Below, piece by piece: positions 1 through 9,702 of a stretch of DNA of 64,000 nucleotides. Source of the DNA: Candidatus Moraniibacteriota bacterium (GTDB lineage Bacteria > Patescibacteriota > Minisyncoccia > Moranbacterales > UBA1568); assembly GCA_016699425.1 (NCBI GenBank), contig CP064975.1, positions 526,098 through 590,097 on the forward strand, in the 5' to 3' direction. The notes beneath the pieces are model-generated. The model ran no database searches. It was given only the letters and a program-made list of their open reading frames with translations, and was not told the origin of the DNA. The translations under genes and the position numbers were made by a program. Each line of letters opens with the position of its first letter. Position 1 is the first letter of the stretch.

Positions 1-3
1 GCC

Positions 4-2079
4 TTGGTCATCTTCAATACCCAAGTCTTCCTGATCGGCCTCTTGCCCGGCCATGCACCGGTTATCCCCTTCGCCGTTTGGCCCACAGCCAATCTGTCTT
101 TCCTCACGAAACTCGGAACTGTCATCGTGACCTATTTCCTCCTCTCGGGAGTACTTGCCGCCACGGGGAACAGTGTCTTGAAACGACTGCGGGACTCAGA
201 CCGAACGGACGCGAGCTACGGATTTTTCCTCCGTATCGTCATTGGGTCGAGTCTGTGGGCGACACTCCTGGTCGCTCTCGGATGGCTCTCAGCGCTCACG
301 CCTGGGGTCATCTGGGTTTGTCTTGCCGGTATCGCACTCTTTGAATGGCGCTATCTCCTGTCTCTTTGTCGCTATTGCCTTGGGAGCGATGTCTGGCATC
401 TTGATGTGAAGAGTCCACTCTTCGCGCTCGCCCTCTTCGGACTTTTCCTCGTCGCGCTGAACCTGTCCGAAACCATCCGCCCCGAACCCACCGGTTTCGA
501 TGACATGACCTATTACATGGATCACGTCCATCGGATGCAGGCAGCACAGGCCTTCCTGCCCGGTGGAAATCCCTTTCCATTTGAACTCACCGCTGCCGCC
601 GTCGGAATCGCGAGTCATGACCAGAAGATGATGCTCGCGCTCTCACTCGGCGTGTACGGACTACTCCTCGGGGCGGCCATCCTCTTCGCCTTTGGCCGAG
701 CGATCTGGGGCGCGAATGTCGGTGCCATCGCCGCTGTACTCACGCTCTCGATACCGATGGGCGCCGCCCTCGCTCTCAACGAGACCAAACCGGACGCCTG
801 GCTTTTCCCCGTGACCACACTATTCTTTTGGTCGCTTATCCGCTGGCTTCGATCCCGCGATATGTCAGCTTGTTTCCTCGCCCTTTACCTCTTCAGTTTT
901 GCACTGACCATCAAACTCACTGCCCTCTTCCTCCTCGCGCCGCTTGGCATCGGTATCCTCATCGTGTTCCTCACCCGACAGTCAGCCACAGCAATCTGGC
1001 CGTCGTCCCGGACCATCGTGCTGGCGGGCGTCTTCGTCCTCTTGCCGGTCCTCCCCTGGCTTATGCTATCAGTAGCCACACACCCGCCCGGGCAGCCCTA
1101 TGAATTTTCACAAATCCTCGCGAGTTATCCACCGGACTCGCCGTCGCTCCACCGCGACATCGCTCTTCTCCTCACTGATCATCGGTGTCAATCAACGGCC
1201 GCTGCCGAAGACTTCACCCGCTTCGTGGGGCAGCGCGGTCCGATCGCCACTCTCCTCTTCCTCCCCTGGGATATCACGATGAACCTGACCGTGGCCGCGT
1301 TTGCGACCGAGATTGGATTCCTCTTTCTCGCCATCCTGCCTCTCTGGCTCTGGTATACATGGTCGATAGTCCGTGACCCAACACGTGAACACCTTCGATC
1401 ACCGAGCACCCAGCTCATACTCCTCTCTGCCGGATACTTGCTGGTGTGGCTATGTCTCGCACAGCGTGTCCCGTGGTACGGATACCCTGTCATCGCGCTC
1501 CTATCGCTACTCGCTGCTGAAGCGATCAGCCGAAGCCGGTCAGTCTCAATCGCACTGTTTCGTTTCCTGGCAATTCTCTTCGTGGTCGGCCTCATCGGCA
1601 ACACCCTCGTTCGGATGAAGTTTTCCGGCTCACCAGAACACTTCCGCTATGCCGCAGGAACCCTCGAAGCCAGTGACTACCTCGATGTCACTTTCTCCGG
1701 TCTGAAGACGCTCAAGAGCGCCATCAATCGACCGTCCGCGCCCCGAATCTATATCACGGGGTCCCGCCTCTGGTATGCTGTCGACGACCACGCTGTCCGC
1801 GCCTACAATGATCCTCATCTCGATACCTTCAACTGCCTCTTCGACACCGGTGGATCAGACGGGGTGCTCGAAACATTCCGAGCCCTCGATATCCAGTACG
1901 TCTTCTTCTCACGGATACTTCTCCGCGAACTTCAGCACGACCAGAACCAGACCTTTCGAGCCAAAATTGAACGCTTCACTGATTTCGCCGGCCACTCGCT
2001 CCGCGTCGTCTGGGGCTCTGCCGATTACATGCTGTTCGAGGTGCCACCGGCCCCCTTCGTCCCAACTGACACTCAATAG
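4..2079 (+). CDS. Large polytopic membrane protein, possibly a GT-C-fold glycosyltransferase (ArnT/PMT-like); may be 5' partial because the frame is open to the window edge
   Basis: 691-aa ORF with GC3-rich codons, >10 predicted TM helices and a C-terminal soluble domain. No stop lies between window position 1 and the first start codon. Confidence 0.6.
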   Translation: MVIFNTQVFLIGLLPGHAPVIPFAVWPTANLSFLTKLGTVIVTYFLLSGVLAATGNSVLKRLRDSDRTDASYGFFLRIVIGSSLWATLLVALGWLSALTPGVIWVCLAGIALFEWRYLLSLCRYCLGSDVWHLDVKSPLFALALFGLFLVALNLSETIRPEPTGFDDMTYYMDHVHRMQAAQAFLPGGNPFPFELTAAAVGIASHDQKMMLALSLGVYGLLLGAAILFAFGRAIWGANVGAIAAVLTLSIPMGAALALNETKPDAWLFPVTTLFFWSLIRWLRSRDMSACFLALYLFSFALTIKLTALFLLAPLGIGILIVFLTRQSATAIWPSSRTIVLAGVFVLLPVLPWLMLSVATHPPGQPYEFSQILASYPPDSPSLHRDIALLLTDHRCQSTAAAEDFTRFVGQRGPIATLLFLPWDITMNLTVAAFATEIGFLFLAILPLWLWYTWSIVRDPTREHLRSPSTQLILLSAGYLLVWLCLAQRVPWYGYPVIALLSLLAAEAISRSRSVSIALFRFLAILFVVGLIGNTLVRMKFSGSPEHFRYAAGTLEASDYLDVTFSGLKTLKSAINRPSAPRIYITGSRLWYAVDDHAVRAYNDPHLDTFNCLFDTGGSDGVLETFRALDIQYVFFSRILLRELQHDQNQTFRAKIERFTDFAGHSLRVVWGSADYMLFEVPPAPFVPTDTQ

Positions 2080-2183
2080 TCGTCCAACAGCAAAAACGCC
2101 GATGAGAGAGCGCTTCTCCTCGACCCTTCCTCTTAACGAAAATATTGGATCACGCCAAGGCTAACGCCTCTTGGAACGAACGG

Positions 2184-3449
2184 TTAGCGGTCGTTTCGAA
2201 TAAACCGGAGCATGATGAGCGTGAGTGATGCGACAAACAGAATCAGTGCTCCCGGCAAAAGATACGGGTACCGCTCTGAGAAAGGAAGGGGTGGCGCTAC
2301 CGGAGCGACGTATGCAGCATTCACATACCGAGCACCCGAGACCGCTTCTGTCGCCGAGGATGGGTCGAGATAGGCGACGTATTGCTCGAAATCATAGACC
2401 GGCCGATGCGCGCCAGGATTTCCGAAATAGACAGAAAATATCCCGGCTTGTTTCGCTTCAAAGACCACTTCCCGGTAGAGCGATGCGAGACGGAGCGTAC
2501 CGAGCGTGAGCGACTGATCGTCATAGTCGAGTATCCGAAGGCGGAGGTACCGATCAAACGTCTCCGGAAAAGTAACCTCGGTCTTTTCGCCAAAGAAACG
2601 AGGCGTAGCGTACCGAAAGATATAGTCCTGACCGAGACGGCGCCAGGTAACCCTGTCATCCCCCGACTCAACAATGACACTGCGATTGAAATTCTTCTCA
2701 TCGATTTCGAGTTTCACCCGGCTGGCAGGGATTCCTTCTGATCCCTCATCAATCACGATCATACTCTCTTGGGATTCGGCATCTTTGTCCATCTGGTACG
2801 GGAGTTCCCGAAAGACTTCCCTGGCCGAGACGGTCTTGGTCTGGCGTCCGGTAACACCGAGGATGACGACCGGCGAACCCTTGGGATCGTCGATGACGAT
2901 CTTGAGGGAGGCAAACGTGCTCGTCGGGATAGAAATTGTCGTACCGGTCGCGTGGAAATTCCCCCGCCCATCCAGATAATCATAGATGTAAGCGTTCTCG
3001 CGAAGGACGCGCCAAGAGGTCCTGTCATCCGATCCGTACACAGTCACGTTGCGTTGAAAATTTCTGGATGCGGTCCGGATACTGAGCTCATTGATCGGAC
3101 CAGCCTGGCTCGTGTCGATGATGACGCTCGTCGATTCTCCTGGGACGGAAGAATTGTTTGAGATTGGGAACGCTAGAGACTGCACCTCGGTCGTCACTCT
3201 AGCAGCCGAGAGCTTGTACGGGACTTCCTTCCCCTCCGGCGAGATGATCCGGAGATCCGAGAGGTCACTCTTCGATCCCGAGAATACCTCGTCATCGATC
3301 GCAAAACGAACCAGTCCTGGAGACTGGACCGTCAGCTCCTTGGTAGAGAGCCAGTCTGACAAGCGGAAATCTGCTGAGGCGACCGAGGGTAACGAGAGTA
3401 GTACCCCGACCCCGAAGAATCCACCAACGAAAGCACTTTTGAGCAACAT
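2184..3449 (-). CDS. Secreted, C-terminally membrane-anchored protein resembling DUF3999-family partners of DUF2339 proteins
   Basis: N-terminal signal peptide (MLLKSAFVGGFFGVGVLLSLPSVASA), repeated beta-rich segments and a C-terminal TM helix. It lies 19 nt downstream of the DUF2339-like gene on the same strand. Confidence 0.6.
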   Translation of the reverse strand: MLLKSAFVGGFFGVGVLLSLPSVASADFRLSDWLSTKELTVQSPGLVRFAIDDEVFSGSKSDLSDLRIISPEGKEVPYKLSAARVTTEVQSLAFPISNNSSVPGESTSVIIDTSQAGPINELSIRTASRNFQRNVTVYGSDDRTSWRVLRENAYIYDYLDGRGNFHATGTTISIPTSTFASLKIVIDDPKGSPVVILGVTGRQTKTVSAREVFRELPYQMDKDAESQESMIVIDEGSEGIPASRVKLEIDEKNFNRSVIVESGDDRVTWRRLGQDYIFRYATPRFFGEKTEVTFPETFDRYLRLRILDYDDQSLTLGTLRLASLYREVVFEAKQAGIFSVYFGNPGAHRPVYDFEQYVAYLDPSSATEAVSGARYVNAAYVAPVAPPLPFSERYPYLLPGALILFVASLTLIMLRFIRNDR

Positions 3450-3467
3450 AGGGGCAGAAGTTAGTCG

Positions 3468-5405
3468 CTAAATAATCTCCCGAAACCGCTCCCGATAGCG
3501 AGTGTACAAGAACGAGATCGACAGGAGCACGATGCCGAGCACGATCGATGAGATGATCCGATAGAGCGGGCCGAGACTCCAGAGATCATGGAAAAACAAC
3601 TTGAGAAGCGCGAACACGAGGAGGAGCAGTCCACCGATACGCGGCCAGCGGGATTTCCGAAGCATCCCGAACGCAAGCAAAACGATAGCGTACGCGATCC
3701 AAAAGAGCGACAGGGTTACGCTCGCCCAACTTTGGAGACTCCGGAGTTCCTCGCGAGCTGCCCGGCCCGGATCATAGTCCGCCGTATACCCCAAGGATGC
3801 CGTAGTGGCATCGACCGCGCTGATCCGGGTGTCATAGTAATAATCTATCTCCATACTGCCTGCGGAGACAGCAAAGAAATTAGCCGTAAAGAAGAACAAA
3901 ACAATATATGATGATATGGTCGCTTTCCAGCGGAGATCCTCTGTCGAGTCAAGACCGCGCTGCGCGAGATATCCAAGCAGGAAAAGCACTCCGACCGCAA
4001 ACAGGTACGTCAGAAATCGTCCATTGAAGATCGCACTGGATCCCGGATCGATATGGAACGGTTCGATGATGATGAGACGCAGGAAGGTCAGCGCCGCCAC
4101 CAGCAATCCGAACTGCAGGATCGCTTGGTGCCGCGTGTAGATGCCGTAAGCGAAGATGACGAACATCTCGACGATCCAGGCCAGGGTGATAACATTACCT
4201 CGGAACTCGATCGGGATCGCCAGCGTGAGGAATCCGATCGAAAGGAAAGAGAGCAGCGCCCGGAGCGTCGAATCGTTGGGAGAAAATGCTTTCGCGGCGT
4301 AGGCGAAGAGGAAATAGTACAGACCGAGCAGAGCGGTGAAGTACCCCATGAAAGGACGATACTCAACCCACAAGAGACTCCAGACACCGACAAAGTAGAT
4401 AAGCGGCAACAGGAGTGTCAGCGCTCGGTCAGCCGTGAGCGGCTCGTTCAGTCCAGCTTTTGTCTCGGTCTTGGATCGGATCCGATAGGCGAGGAACGAT
4501 ACGGAGTACAAGATGAAGAAGAGTGTCATGAACGTCAGGGCGACCAAGAGTTGGCTGTCACTATAAAACTGCCCTGACCAGGCCAGGTATATGAAGACGG
4601 TTGCAATCGATCCGAGTACGTTGAGTCGGTACCAGGATTTGAAGAATGAGACAATCAGGATGGCGATATCGAGGATGAGAATATACGAGAAGAGCGCGAC
4701 GGGGTGGTTTTCGCCCGAAGAGATAAGTATCGGGGTCATGAAACCGCCGGCCGAAGCCAACACAAGGATGAGCTGCGCATCGTACCGAATTGCCAACGCC
4801 ATCCCGGACGCCGTCACGAGCGTAAAGGCTCCATAGGCGGCCCAGACCGGCAGGAGGTGATAGAACTGATAGGCCGCAAAGAAAGAGAGGTAGAGAATCA
4901 CAATCCCCCCGCCGGTCAGGAGGTACGCGTATCTCGGATACTGCCGGATGAGCTTTTCACCCAGTCCGAGCAGCCCGACGCCGATCGCGATACCGATGAT
5001 GACCCGACCCGTCTCCCCGATCCAATCGTTGTCGAAGGCGTATTTAAGGAAGAAGGAAATCCCCAGGATAAGGACCACGATACCCGCGACCGAAAACCAT
5101 TTCATGCCGAGTTTCTCTTCAAAGGAAGCCGAGTGAGCAGCCGGGGTCGGTTGTTCAGCCTTCTTTTCCGTGTACACCGGAGGAGCGGGAGGCGTTGGCG
5201 GGGTCGGTGGAACGGGCGATGCAAAAGCGGTTCCCTCGGGAATCAATGGTGCCGTTCTGGTTGGCTCGGCCGTGGGCGGTGTCACCTGATTAGCATGCTT
5301 CAGCGAGGCAATCTCACGGCTTTGCTCCTCCAGCTGGGTATTCATCTTGATGAGCAGCTCGCGAAGCGACGCATCGTTCTCATTCTTCTGATCTTCTGGT
5401 TCCAT
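3468..5405 (-). CDS. Large integral membrane protein resembling the DUF2339 family
   Basis: 645 aa with an N-terminal coiled-coil (…LEEQSREIASLKHANQ…), a Pro-rich linker, then ~16 TM helices. Assignment is from architecture recalled from the family, not a search. Confidence 0.6.
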   Translation of the reverse strand: MEPEDQKNENDASLRELLIKMNTQLEEQSREIASLKHANQVTPPTAEPTRTAPLIPEGTAFASPVPPTPPTPPAPPVYTEKKAEQPTPAAHSASFEEKLGMKWFSVAGIVVLILGISFFLKYAFDNDWIGETGRVIIGIAIGVGLLGLGEKLIRQYPRYAYLLTGGGIVILYLSFFAAYQFYHLLPVWAAYGAFTLVTASGMALAIRYDAQLILVLASAGGFMTPILISSGENHPVALFSYILILDIAILIVSFFKSWYRLNVLGSIATVFIYLAWSGQFYSDSQLLVALTFMTLFFILYSVSFLAYRIRSKTETKAGLNEPLTADRALTLLLPLIYFVGVWSLLWVEYRPFMGYFTALLGLYYFLFAYAAKAFSPNDSTLRALLSFLSIGFLTLAIPIEFRGNVITLAWIVEMFVIFAYGIYTRHQAILQFGLLVAALTFLRLIIIEPFHIDPGSSAIFNGRFLTYLFAVGVLFLLGYLAQRGLDSTEDLRWKATISSYIVLFFFTANFFAVSAGSMEIDYYYDTRISAVDATTASLGYTADYDPGRAAREELRSLQSWASVTLSLFWIAYAIVLLAFGMLRKSRWPRIGGLLLLVFALLKLFFHDLWSLGPLYRIISSIVLGIVLLSISFLYTRYRERFREII

Positions 5406-5424
5406 AAGGTAGAGCGACTAACAA

Positions 5425-5796
5425 TTAGAGGAAACGAGGAGTCATGTAACGCAGTATGCTACCGGCAAACAGCACCATGAAAACCCAACGCGTGAACACC
5501 CCGTATGGGATATATCGTCGCCGCTTCCAGAAATACACAATGAAGAATATATCCAGGACGACAGTGAGGAACGGGAGGAAAATTAGGAAGAGAAGTGGGA
5601 CGATGAAACCGATGAGAAAGTCCGACACGACCGATGTCTGAGGAGCGTTGACGGTCGGGACAACTCCATACACCACTCTCGCGCTCGCCACGATATCTTC
5701 TTCTGAGTAACCGGAAGTCCTCAGCACCGAGATGAGTGCTTCTTTGGCATATCGTTCCTTGTTCTCGCGGAGATACGAGATCGCCTGGTCGCTCAT
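5425..5796 (-). CDS. Small membrane protein, hypothetical
   Basis: 123-aa ORF with a soluble N-terminus and 2-3 TM helices. It is tightly linked (19 nt) upstream of the DUF2339-like gene. Confidence 0.45.
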   Translation of the reverse strand: MSDQAISYLRENKERYAKEALISVLRTSGYSEEDIVASARVVYGVVPTVNAPQTSVVSDFLIGFIVPLLFLIFLPFLTVVLDIFFIVYFWKRRRYIPYGVFTRWVFMVLFAGSILRYMTPRFL

Positions 5797-5802
5797 AGAG
5801 AA

Positions 5803-6744
5803 TCAGTTCTTACACGCCCCTTCCGAACATCCATTCGGACAGAAATATATCTTACTCCATGAAGACTGCGGTCCGCTCGGAAGGAACGCGCCGCAACCAC
5901 TCTCCATGACGTGGCTCGTGTCACGACAGACTTCGAATTCACTGCCTCGAAGGAATAGATCAGCCCCATCCGTATCCGAACACGAAGCCGATAGATCTAT
6001 CGGGTAGATATCCGGGAAAACCGCTGTCTGGCGATTCGGACTGACCGAAACGGATACCGTATGTTCCATCCCGTTCTTCGTGAATGTTTCGACAGAATAC
6101 TCCCCTGCCAGGATATCCCTGAAGAGACAGATCCCATTCTTATCGGAGAGTCGACTGAGAAGATACCCTTCGGCTGGATACCCAGCGGTGGTAAAGAGCC
6201 GGCACAACGCACCCGACACGAAACCGCCGCCGCCATCGATGACGAACACCTGCAGACTCCCGGCGGACTCCTTGGGCGAAGTGAGATATCGAAGTTGACT
6301 CTCAGTCAGCGGGTGGGCAGACACTGAAAGTCCTAAGTCCCCGAATATCAGAGCTGATTTCCGACCCGTCCGCGCCGGAACCCTGTTATATGGATCCGGA
6401 GATACCGATCCGGGATTGGCCTCTTTAGTAGCCACAACACTCCCCGAAGTCAGTGGTCCTGGGTGCAGTTGTTCGATGGAACCCTGCTGATTTCGGATGT
6501 TTCCAGCCGCCTGTTGCACGGCCTTCAGTTTCGAGTTATTTTCCATATCCTCCTGATACCGACGCTCCTGTTCGGCACGCTCACTGGCTCTTTTCGTGAT
6601 CAATTCCCGGTTTGCACCGGTAAGTGCGATCCCAAAAACCGTTGTCAGGATAAGAAAAACAATGCCCCCAAAGAAAAGCACTGCTTGATCCTTGTTCATA
6701 TCGTCAATCAGAATTTTTTTTATAATACCATAGGGGATTGCCAC
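5803..6744 (-). CDS. Membrane-anchored coiled-coil protein with a Cys-containing C-terminal domain, hypothetical
   Basis: The ORF has a GTG at 6744 and an alternative ATG at 6699 (MNKDQAVLFFGG…). One N-terminal TM helix. The start is uncertain. Confidence 0.5.
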   Translation of the reverse strand: MAIPYGIIKKILIDDMNKDQAVLFFGGIVFLILTTVFGIALTGANRELITKRASERAEQERRYQEDMENNSKLKAVQQAAGNIRNQQGSIEQLHPGPLTSGSVVATKEANPGSVSPDPYNRVPARTGRKSALIFGDLGLSVSAHPLTESQLRYLTSPKESAGSLQVFVIDGGGGFVSGALCRLFTTAGYPAEGYLLSRLSDKNGICLFRDILAGEYSVETFTKNGMEHTVSVSVSPNRQTAVFPDIYPIDLSASCSDTDGADLFLRGSEFEVCRDTSHVMESGCGAFLPSGPQSSWSKIYFCPNGCSEGACKN

Positions 6745-6911
6745 TGGGCAAAAACCGAAACCTCTACGCCAGCATACTCGTACCCTGTTTCAGAAGAAGA
6801 AGCGCTGTCACTAGTGACTCTCCACACTTGTCGCTACGATGTTACAATTCTTGACAAAGAACTGTGTTTCAATTACTCTGAGACGTTCCGAGATTGCTCG
6901 TTAACAACCAG

Positions 6912-6918
6912 AAGGAGT
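6912..6918 (+). promoter_or_regulatory. Shine-Dalgarno sequence (AGAAGGAG) for the 6925 start, inside a divergent promoter region 6745-6924
   Basis: AAGGAG lies 7 nt upstream of ATG 6925. This supports the internal start rather than the 6463 ORF extension. Confidence 0.5.
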
Positions 6919-6924
6919 TTCACC

Positions 6925-7725
6925 ATGACTGTTGAGAATCTCACCTCCGTGCTCAATCAAAGATCCTACACAGCGGCAATGGAGGAGTTCGGGATGGCCT
7001 ATCCGTATCAAAATTTCCCCGACGTCATCCGACACACCATTGCGCTCATATACGGGGACCAGGAAGGACATCGGGATACGCTCATTTCCTGTCGTTGCTG
7101 TATCAGTCGTCCACCTCAGCAGGAAATACGGTCCAATTTCGTTGTCGGAGTACGGTTTCGTCACTTTGGCAGACAAACGACCGTTGACCTCGTGAGCTAC
7201 CCGGTCGGCAGATTTCGTAATCTCTCCCAGGAACATGCCCGACGGCTCGACTGGCTGAGTGCTCCCACCGATGCCCAATTCGGCAACAAAGTCTTGCCAG
7301 CGCCGCTCATCGTGGCAGAGGGTGTAGTCAAAATCTCATCGGATGGTACATTGAAATTCTCAGATTCTGGTAATGATCGCCCAGAGTCGCTCTTTGGCTT
7401 CGATGTCTCGCTCATCGCAAACTCGATTGCTTCGTTCTTCGATCTCCGGACAGCGGGCGCGACGAGCCATGAGTTCTTCCACCGACTCAATTGTTTTCTC
7501 GTCGAGTACAAGGGCAGACCTGACTTCTACGAACAATTCGCACTCTGGCTATGTGAACAGCGGATTCAATTGACTCCCGCTCAGAGTGAAGCACTGATCG
7601 CGATGAAGGCACGCGATCGGGCTCAATCAGAGCACGTCGACCTCTCCACTGCCTACCTGGAAGAAATATACTCCGGGCAGTTAACGAGAATCTGCAACAC
7701 CATTCGGGCCATCCGTGGTGAGTAA
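6925..7725 (+). CDS. Hypothetical cytoplasmic protein (266 aa)
   Basis: This is the in-frame internal start of tracked ORF 6463..7725. The upstream 460 nt of that ORF overlap the minus-strand gene 5803..6744 and lack a ribosome-binding site. A strong RBS precedes 6925. Confidence 0.6.
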   Translation: MTVENLTSVLNQRSYTAAMEEFGMAYPYQNFPDVIRHTIALIYGDQEGHRDTLISCRCCISRPPQQEIRSNFVVGVRFRHFGRQTTVDLVSYPVGRFRNLSQEHARRLDWLSAPTDAQFGNKVLPAPLIVAEGVVKISSDGTLKFSDSGNDRPESLFGFDVSLIANSIASFFDLRTAGATSHEFFHRLNCFLVEYKGRPDFYEQFALWLCEQRIQLTPAQSEALIAMKARDRAQSEHVDLSTAYLEEIYSGQLTRICNTIRAIRGE

Positions 7726-7751
7726 CAGCCCCTTCGACACCACAATCACTC

Positions 7752-7783
7752 GCACCGTGTCTTCCAGACCCGGTGCTTTTTTT
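7752..7783 (+). terminator. Intrinsic terminator
   Basis: GCACCG…CGGTGC stem followed by T7, 27 nt after the stop at 7725. Confidence 0.55.
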
Positions 7784-7897
7784 AGACTACATCTGACTCA
7801 ATTGGAACTCAATCATAGCAGAACCGACGGCTTGGTCGGAACTTGGAATGGCTAAAGAGGAGTATTCAGAATGAACTTCCTCAGAAACCTATTTCTT

Positions 7898-8401
7898 CTA
7901 GCCTATTAAGGATTCTTCAAATTTCTCCCAGTACTCTGGGTAGTTCTTTTCTACAAAGGGACGCAAAACTTTCTCTGTTTTCTCCCTAGCTTTTTGTTTC
8001 TCTGCTTCGCTAGAAAATGCCGCAGCCCTATTATTATCCAGTTTATCCGCCATTTTTACCTTTATGAGGTCATCGTCCTTCGTGGAGACTATTTTTTGGA
8101 AAAATGTATCCCACGTATCACCTTGATTCCAAGTTAGAGTTTCAACACCGGCTATTACATCAGTTCCAAATTCATTTTTGAGATTCTTCACATCGTATTC
8201 TGACCACTCTCCTAAGTCGTGACAGAGAGCAATCAATACAGCTCTGGTATTCTTCACGTCAAACTCTTCCAATAAAATTCTTGCCACTCTCACTGGGTGT
8301 CGATTGTAGTTTCCTGTATATAAAGTTCTTGGAGTATCGTGATACTTTTCTACGATTCCTCTCGCCCGTTCCACAACACCTCTGTCCTGTGCCTCAACCA
8401 T
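7898..8401 (-). CDS. HD-domain phosphohydrolase (YfbR-like 5'-deoxynucleotidase family), AT-rich gene
   Basis: H…HD motif (HPVRVARILLEEF…ALCHDLGE). The tracked ORF extends to 8629, but its N-terminus overlaps tRNA-Ala, so the start was moved to Met77 (8401). The start is uncertain. GC content is ~40% against ~59% for the surrounding sequence. Confidence 0.6.
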   Translation of the reverse strand: MVEAQDRGVVERARGIVEKYHDTPRTLYTGNYNRHPVRVARILLEEFDVKNTRAVLIALCHDLGEWSEYDVKNLKNEFGTDVIAGVETLTWNQGDTWDTFFQKIVSTKDDDLIKVKMADKLDNNRAAAFSSEAEKQKAREKTEKVLRPFVEKNYPEYWEKFEESLIG

Positions 8402-8572
8402 ATTCAAAACTACTGACTTGTGAACTCCCCAGTTCTCGTAGGTTTCTAGACTCTTGTAGTATTGTTCTTGTATAAGTTTTTCTAGTATATTTGTGGACCT
8501 GGGGAGAATCCCTGCTCGCCTCTGGCGGGGAACTCCCGACTCGACAACCCGCCCCGTTAGAAAATCATTCTG

Positions 8573-8643
8573 TGGACCCGGCGAGAATCGAACTCGCGCC
8601 TCTGCAATGCGAATGCAGCGTTGTACCACTTAACTACGGGCCC
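8573..8643 (-). tRNA. tRNA-Ala (anticodon CGC)
   Basis: Manual fold: acceptor GGGCCCG/CGGGTCC with a G3:U70 pair (the Ala identity element), D-loop AGTGGTA, anticodon stem CTGCA/TGCAG with loop TTCGCAT, and T-arm GCGAG-TTCGATT-CTCGC. CCA is not encoded. Confidence 0.8.
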
Positions 8644-8987
8644 ATGTTTCCTTGAGAAAAACCTGAGCCTTTACAGATTGATAACTTTCTAACGGAGTGA
8701 GAAATGCTGCGCAATATTCACCCTCTCACCTATTCAAGTAACCCCTCCCGGCTTTACGCATCGTAAGACACCGTCGCCTGGCGGCTTACACTTACCAGTA
8801 GCATACATCGTTGCCTAAATAGGTGACAGGGCAAGCTTTTACTACAGGCCCGGATAGTTAAAAACAAAGGCAGTATAGGGCGAAAAAAGACGGAAAGCAA
8901 GCCGCCACATGGGCGTGGTCGCAGGCCTTACGAATCCGGCCAGGAACGGCTATACTAGGGAAAGTAAATACCCACTCGATCGCCACT

Positions 8988-9200
8988 ATGCATCAAATTA
9001 CCCCGCAGTATCTCGCCCGAAATCTCGCGACCGTCATCGGACTCGTCCTTGTGTGGCGTGGCATCTGGCACCTCCTCGACGGCGTCGACAACTTCTTCTT
9101 TGCCGGCAGCCACTTCTGGACGGCGATCCCCGGCATTATCATCGGACTGATTATCCTCTACCTCCCCGACAAGGATCTGAAGGAGATTGAAAAACTGTAA
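8988..9200 (+). CDS. Small membrane protein (70 aa, 2 TM), hypothetical
   Basis: ORF with hydrophobic helices. It follows a 340-bp non-coding region. Confidence 0.4.
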   Translation: MHQITPQYLARNLATVIGLVLVWRGIWHLLDGVDNFFFAGSHFWTAIPGIIIGLIILYLPDKDLKEIEKL

Positions 9201-9227
9201 CTTCCGAGATCAGCCAGAGAGCGGTCT

Positions 9228-9698
9228 TTACAATTTTTCGACGACCTGGATATCCTGCTCGAGCAAGACATCGCCCTCCCCGAAGAGAAACTTCGTCCGG
9301 AATTTTTTCCCCGCGAGAAATACAGGGAACCAGTATCGATCATCTGACCACATCATATCGTAGGGTATCGCCTCGATGGGAAACCACTCGGGACGCATTT
9401 CTTCTGTCTCAATCGGTTCCCGCTCGTAGTCAATCGCCCGAAATACGTGAGCTTCAAGCACTTCGTCTGGCCAAGCGGTAAAGCGAAACTCATGTCTTCC
9501 TGCCAGCTCCATCGCTGTAATTTCGATGCCACACTCCTCCTTTGTCTCACGCCGCGCGGCATCCTGGATGCTCTCGCCCGTCTCTACTTTGCCGCCGAAA
9601 CCATTCCAGCGACCCGCGCCGAAACCACGTTTCTTCATCCCGAGGAGGATTCTATCATCACGAATCACAAAGACAAGGGTGTAGAGCTTTCGTTTCAT
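9228..9698 (-). CDS. NUDIX hydrolase
   Basis: Nudix box GFGGKVETGESIQDAARRETKEECGIEI. Confidence 0.8.
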   Translation of the reverse strand: MKRKLYTLVFVIRDDRILLGMKKRGFGAGRWNGFGGKVETGESIQDAARRETKEECGIEITAMELAGRHEFRFTAWPDEVLEAHVFRAIDYEREPIETEEMRPEWFPIEAIPYDMMWSDDRYWFPVFLAGKKFRTKFLFGEGDVLLEQDIQVVEKL

Positions 9699-9702
9699 GC
9701 CG

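Noticed and set aside
6463-6924. 5' 460 nt of tracked ORF 6463..7725 (420 aa)
   Set aside because: It overlaps the minus-strand gene 5803..6744 in antisense and lacks an RBS. A strong AAGGAG precedes the internal ATG at 6925, so the upstream part is a shadow extension.
8494-8570. Possible second tRNA adjacent to tRNA-Ala
   Set aside because: It resembles the tRNA 3' end but cannot be folded into a cloverleaf: there is no acceptor pairing or anticodon arm. It was treated as a degenerate repeat.
8402-8629. N-terminal extension of the HD-domain ORF 7898..8629
   Set aside because: It overlaps a well-formed tRNA-Ala on the same strand and the sequence is not protein-like. The start was moved to Met77.
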